Below, one piece after another: positions 61,087 through 64,000 of a stretch of DNA of 64,000 nt (position 1 is its first letter; each line of letters opens with the position of its first letter). A program made the translations under genes and the position numbers. The stretch lies in the NCBI RefSeq assembly GCF_009914755.1, contig NC_060926.1. One strand, written 5' to 3'. A model generated the notes under the pieces. The model saw only the letters and a list, made by a program, of their open reading frames with translations, did not search any database and was not told where the DNA came from. This DNA is from the human T2T-CHM13v2.0 reference genome, Homo sapiens.

Positions 61087-62289
61087 AACATTATATATCA
61101 GCCACCACACATGTACTATATACAATCACTAAAATCAACTTTTGTGAGATTGCTTAAATCTCAAAGTTTCTATAGTTTGTAGATCTATGTTTAGAAGATA
61201 TTTTGTTTTTTCATAAAGGAGAATTAATATTTTTCAACTCAAATACTTTTTTTGCTATGACTTAATCATAATTTGGTAGTAATATATCACAATTTCTGCT
61301 AATAACGCAAAAACAAACTCACTTCTGTTTCATTCTCTCTCAATAGAAATTGTTTCAGTTTGGCCCCCATACTGATTCATTTCTCAGCTGATCTTTGAGA
61401 TATTGAACATCCATACCTTTGGTATTTTTATATTACTTGATATTAGAGCGTCATTGAATTCATTTGAACAGACTAGACACCATAAACAGGTGCTGTCTGC
61501 CGCCGCCAAGTGATGGCCTATTCATGCCAGGATATTAAGCATATCCTGCAGTTTGGTAAACAGAAGGTGGGATTCTAATCCATTCAGTATGGAGCCCCTC
61601 GTTCTTTCCTCTGTAGTGAAGGAAAATCTCTGGGAAGTCCCTGCTCAGGAATTCTCTATAGCTTTAGCAGTTAGTGAGTCTCATTCCAAAATGACCCAAG
61701 AAGAGGGCTGGATCAATTACCCCCAAGCTTCCTGTTGACATAACCTATTTCTTGGAGTGACCTCAGAAATCCACACAAAAGTTCCAAGTTGCCATGTAGC
61801 CCCTTTCTTTTACTTTACTCCTTTTGGGTTTCAGCGTTGGAGAAACCCTCTCTCCTTTCCAAAGCTGAAACTGCCTGGGAGCTTTGAGTCTCTGACTCAC
61901 TACTAGATTGCTCACCTATCAGGGCCATAGAGAAGACAGAGTGAGACAAGGACATTCTTACACCATGGAATAACCTCTGGGGCTTATGGTCATCAAAGCA
62001 GAGTCTTTGGTCTACAGGAAAAAGGTAACACTCTTAGACCCAGCAGAGGCATCAGCAAGGGAGTTTCCCAGGGGGAGGGACAGCCCTGCTTACTCAACTG
62101 GTCAGGGGTTACTACACACAGTAGCTCTACTCTCACAGCCTTTCCTTGCTTAGGCATACCAGTGTGTCATGATGGTGCAGCTAGTCTGATAAATGGAGCA
62201 GTTTTGGAGGGAGGCACACTGCAATAGCTTTGCAACAAAAGAGTCTATGTCTCGTCCATCATTCAAAGGAGTTATCTGAAAATTGATGA

Positions 62290-62570
62290 CTGTAGCAAAC
62301 TACTGGCTATCCCCCAAATCAATCCTTTTTTTTTTCTATAGTAACAGAATTCCCAACATGTAGCTGAGAACAGCCATGGCCATATAGGTCTGAGGTCAGC
62401 AGAGTTACACAATAGAAGGCACCTGGGTTCCAGACCCTTGGGCTGCCATACTGATCCTGGACTGCTTAGTTCCAGATTGTTAGATGAGACAGGGGAAACC
62501 ATCTAGTGTACCTAAACTGCTATTATTTTGGGTCTCTGTCAAGGAGGTCAAGCCTTTATCCTAATTCAGT
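62290..62570 (+). mobile_element. Degraded ERVL/MaLR-type LTR fragment
   Basis: atagaaggcacctgggttcc..ctggactgctta..tattattttgggtctctgtca resembles an old LTR 3' end. Confidence 0.45.
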
Positions 62571-62852
62571 GACTTTGGATTTCAGTAGAATAGAGTCAAT
62601 GTTAGTTGAGAACATGGTGTCATTACCCCAAGTCACCTGTTTTCAACAGGTAGCCTTACTTCTCTCAGAGATAGGTTCTTGGGACACTCTGCAGTTTCCA
62701 CTGAGGGTGCAGCCTTTTGGGGACTACTATAGAGATGATTTCTCCTGTCTCATCTAAAAATCTCGACCTAAGCAGCCCAGGTCTAGTATGGCAGCCCAAG
62801 GATCTGGAACCCAGGTGCCTTCTATCATGTAAATCTGCCAGTCCATATGGCC
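62378..62852. repeat. Inverted duplication, arms 62378-62504 and 62733-62852
   Basis: atagaaggcacctgggttccagacccttgggctgccatact versus agtatggcagcccaaggatctggaacccaggtgccttctat. Confidence 0.92.
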
Positions 62853-64000
62853 TGCCTCTTCCCTTTAAGGATACAATCCAGAAATGGCATCACTTATGCT
62901 TACATAGAGAAAGAAAGGGCTATGATATTAGGCCTCAGAAAAGGGAGTGGAGATCTAGACTTTTCACTTCAACTCAAAAATCCTGCCCAAGACTGATACT
63001 TACTCCTTTAAACATTGCCATATTTCTCCGGCACACCCAATGATTGACGTCTGAAAGAGCAGCAGCACTTTCTCAGACATGACTACAGTGTTTAAATGTG
63101 TTGCTAGGGCATCTGTGGAATTTTCATATTCTATCTTGGGAAAGAAATCTGATAGTTCTTTGATGCTACATTCTTCTCTAGCCAGAAATACAAGGAAACC
63201 ACTGTTTGCTGTGACATTTTGGCAGAACTCTGAAGTGTGGTCTGGATCTGGGAACCCACAATCCAAGAATAAGGCACCATTTACGTACAAAATTGTTGAA
63301 TTTGGATGGAAACTAGGTTCAGCCATACTTGTGAAGCCACTGTCTTGCAGGGTCAAAAAGAGCTTATTTTTCAAGTAAGTGTGTTTCACTGTTTACTGGT
63401 GACTACCAAAATAATTATTTCCTGTGTGGGTCAGTAAGAGTGAGGTAATCTCAAGGAAAATGTTCCATTGTGCTTACTGGGCTGGGCAGCGCAGCAGCTC
63501 CAGACATTCTCTTAAAGCAACAGTAATTGCGTTGAATGGTAAAGTCTGGTTCATATGCCCCTGGGAGGGAGATTCATTTTCTCTTTGATACTCTGAGGAT
63601 CTTGTGAGAGACAGCAAATGTGAATATATACATACATCTACACATACACATGAACATATCTGTGGGTGTGCTTAGCAGGTTGGTTCATTTAAATAGTTTT
63701 ATAGATATTTTAGAAAGGTAGTTCTTTATGAGCCAGGATAATGTGCTCTGCTTCTCTCAATGTGAAAGTAGAACCTCACCTTGTGCAAGTTGTCATTGGT
63801 TTCCTTGTCTGTTACGAGCCACTTGAGGGTAATGCTTTGTCTTTGTCTTCCCAGCCCATACTAATGGGCCTATCACTGAGTAAAATTCTCATTAATCACT
63901 TGTTGGATGAATGAATGGCTTGCAAAGGAAGTGAATTGCAGGAAGGTGACTACCACCCAAAAGTTGACTTGTACCATGACACTGACATGAGAGAGTTTGC

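Overview
This is primate (human-like) non-coding genomic DNA, rich in transposable elements, with no intact protein-coding gene that I can support. It carries about 50 Alus (roughly a quarter of the window), plus L1, L2, CR1/L3, MIR, MaLR/ERVL/ERV1 solo LTRs and DNA-transposon relics. There are two processed pseudogenes on the minus strand: ZNF207/BuGZ (about 11427-14027) and NDUFA4 (about 49930-50417). Most ORFs in the supplied track are Alu or LTR artefacts. The structures not explained by routine annotation are: (1) an old ~470-bp inverted duplication (343-1103 / 2723-3518) whose arms each gained an independent, oppositely oriented Alu; (2) a second ~125-bp inverted duplication near 62.4-62.85 kb; (3) an ERV9 RNA 3' end copied by L1 (polypurine tract, U3, R, poly(A), long TSD); (4) an NDUFA4 retrocopy that appears to keep ancestral residues; (5) a solo LTR12C inside an AluY, pointing toward a ZNF207 retrocopy whose zinc-finger frame is still open; (6) several datable nested insertions. 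I found no firm evidence of a new biological system; the LTR12C-to-ZNF207 idea is a hypothesis only. Subfamily names and parent-protein comparisons come from memory of consensus sequences, and ancient-repeat boundaries are approximate.
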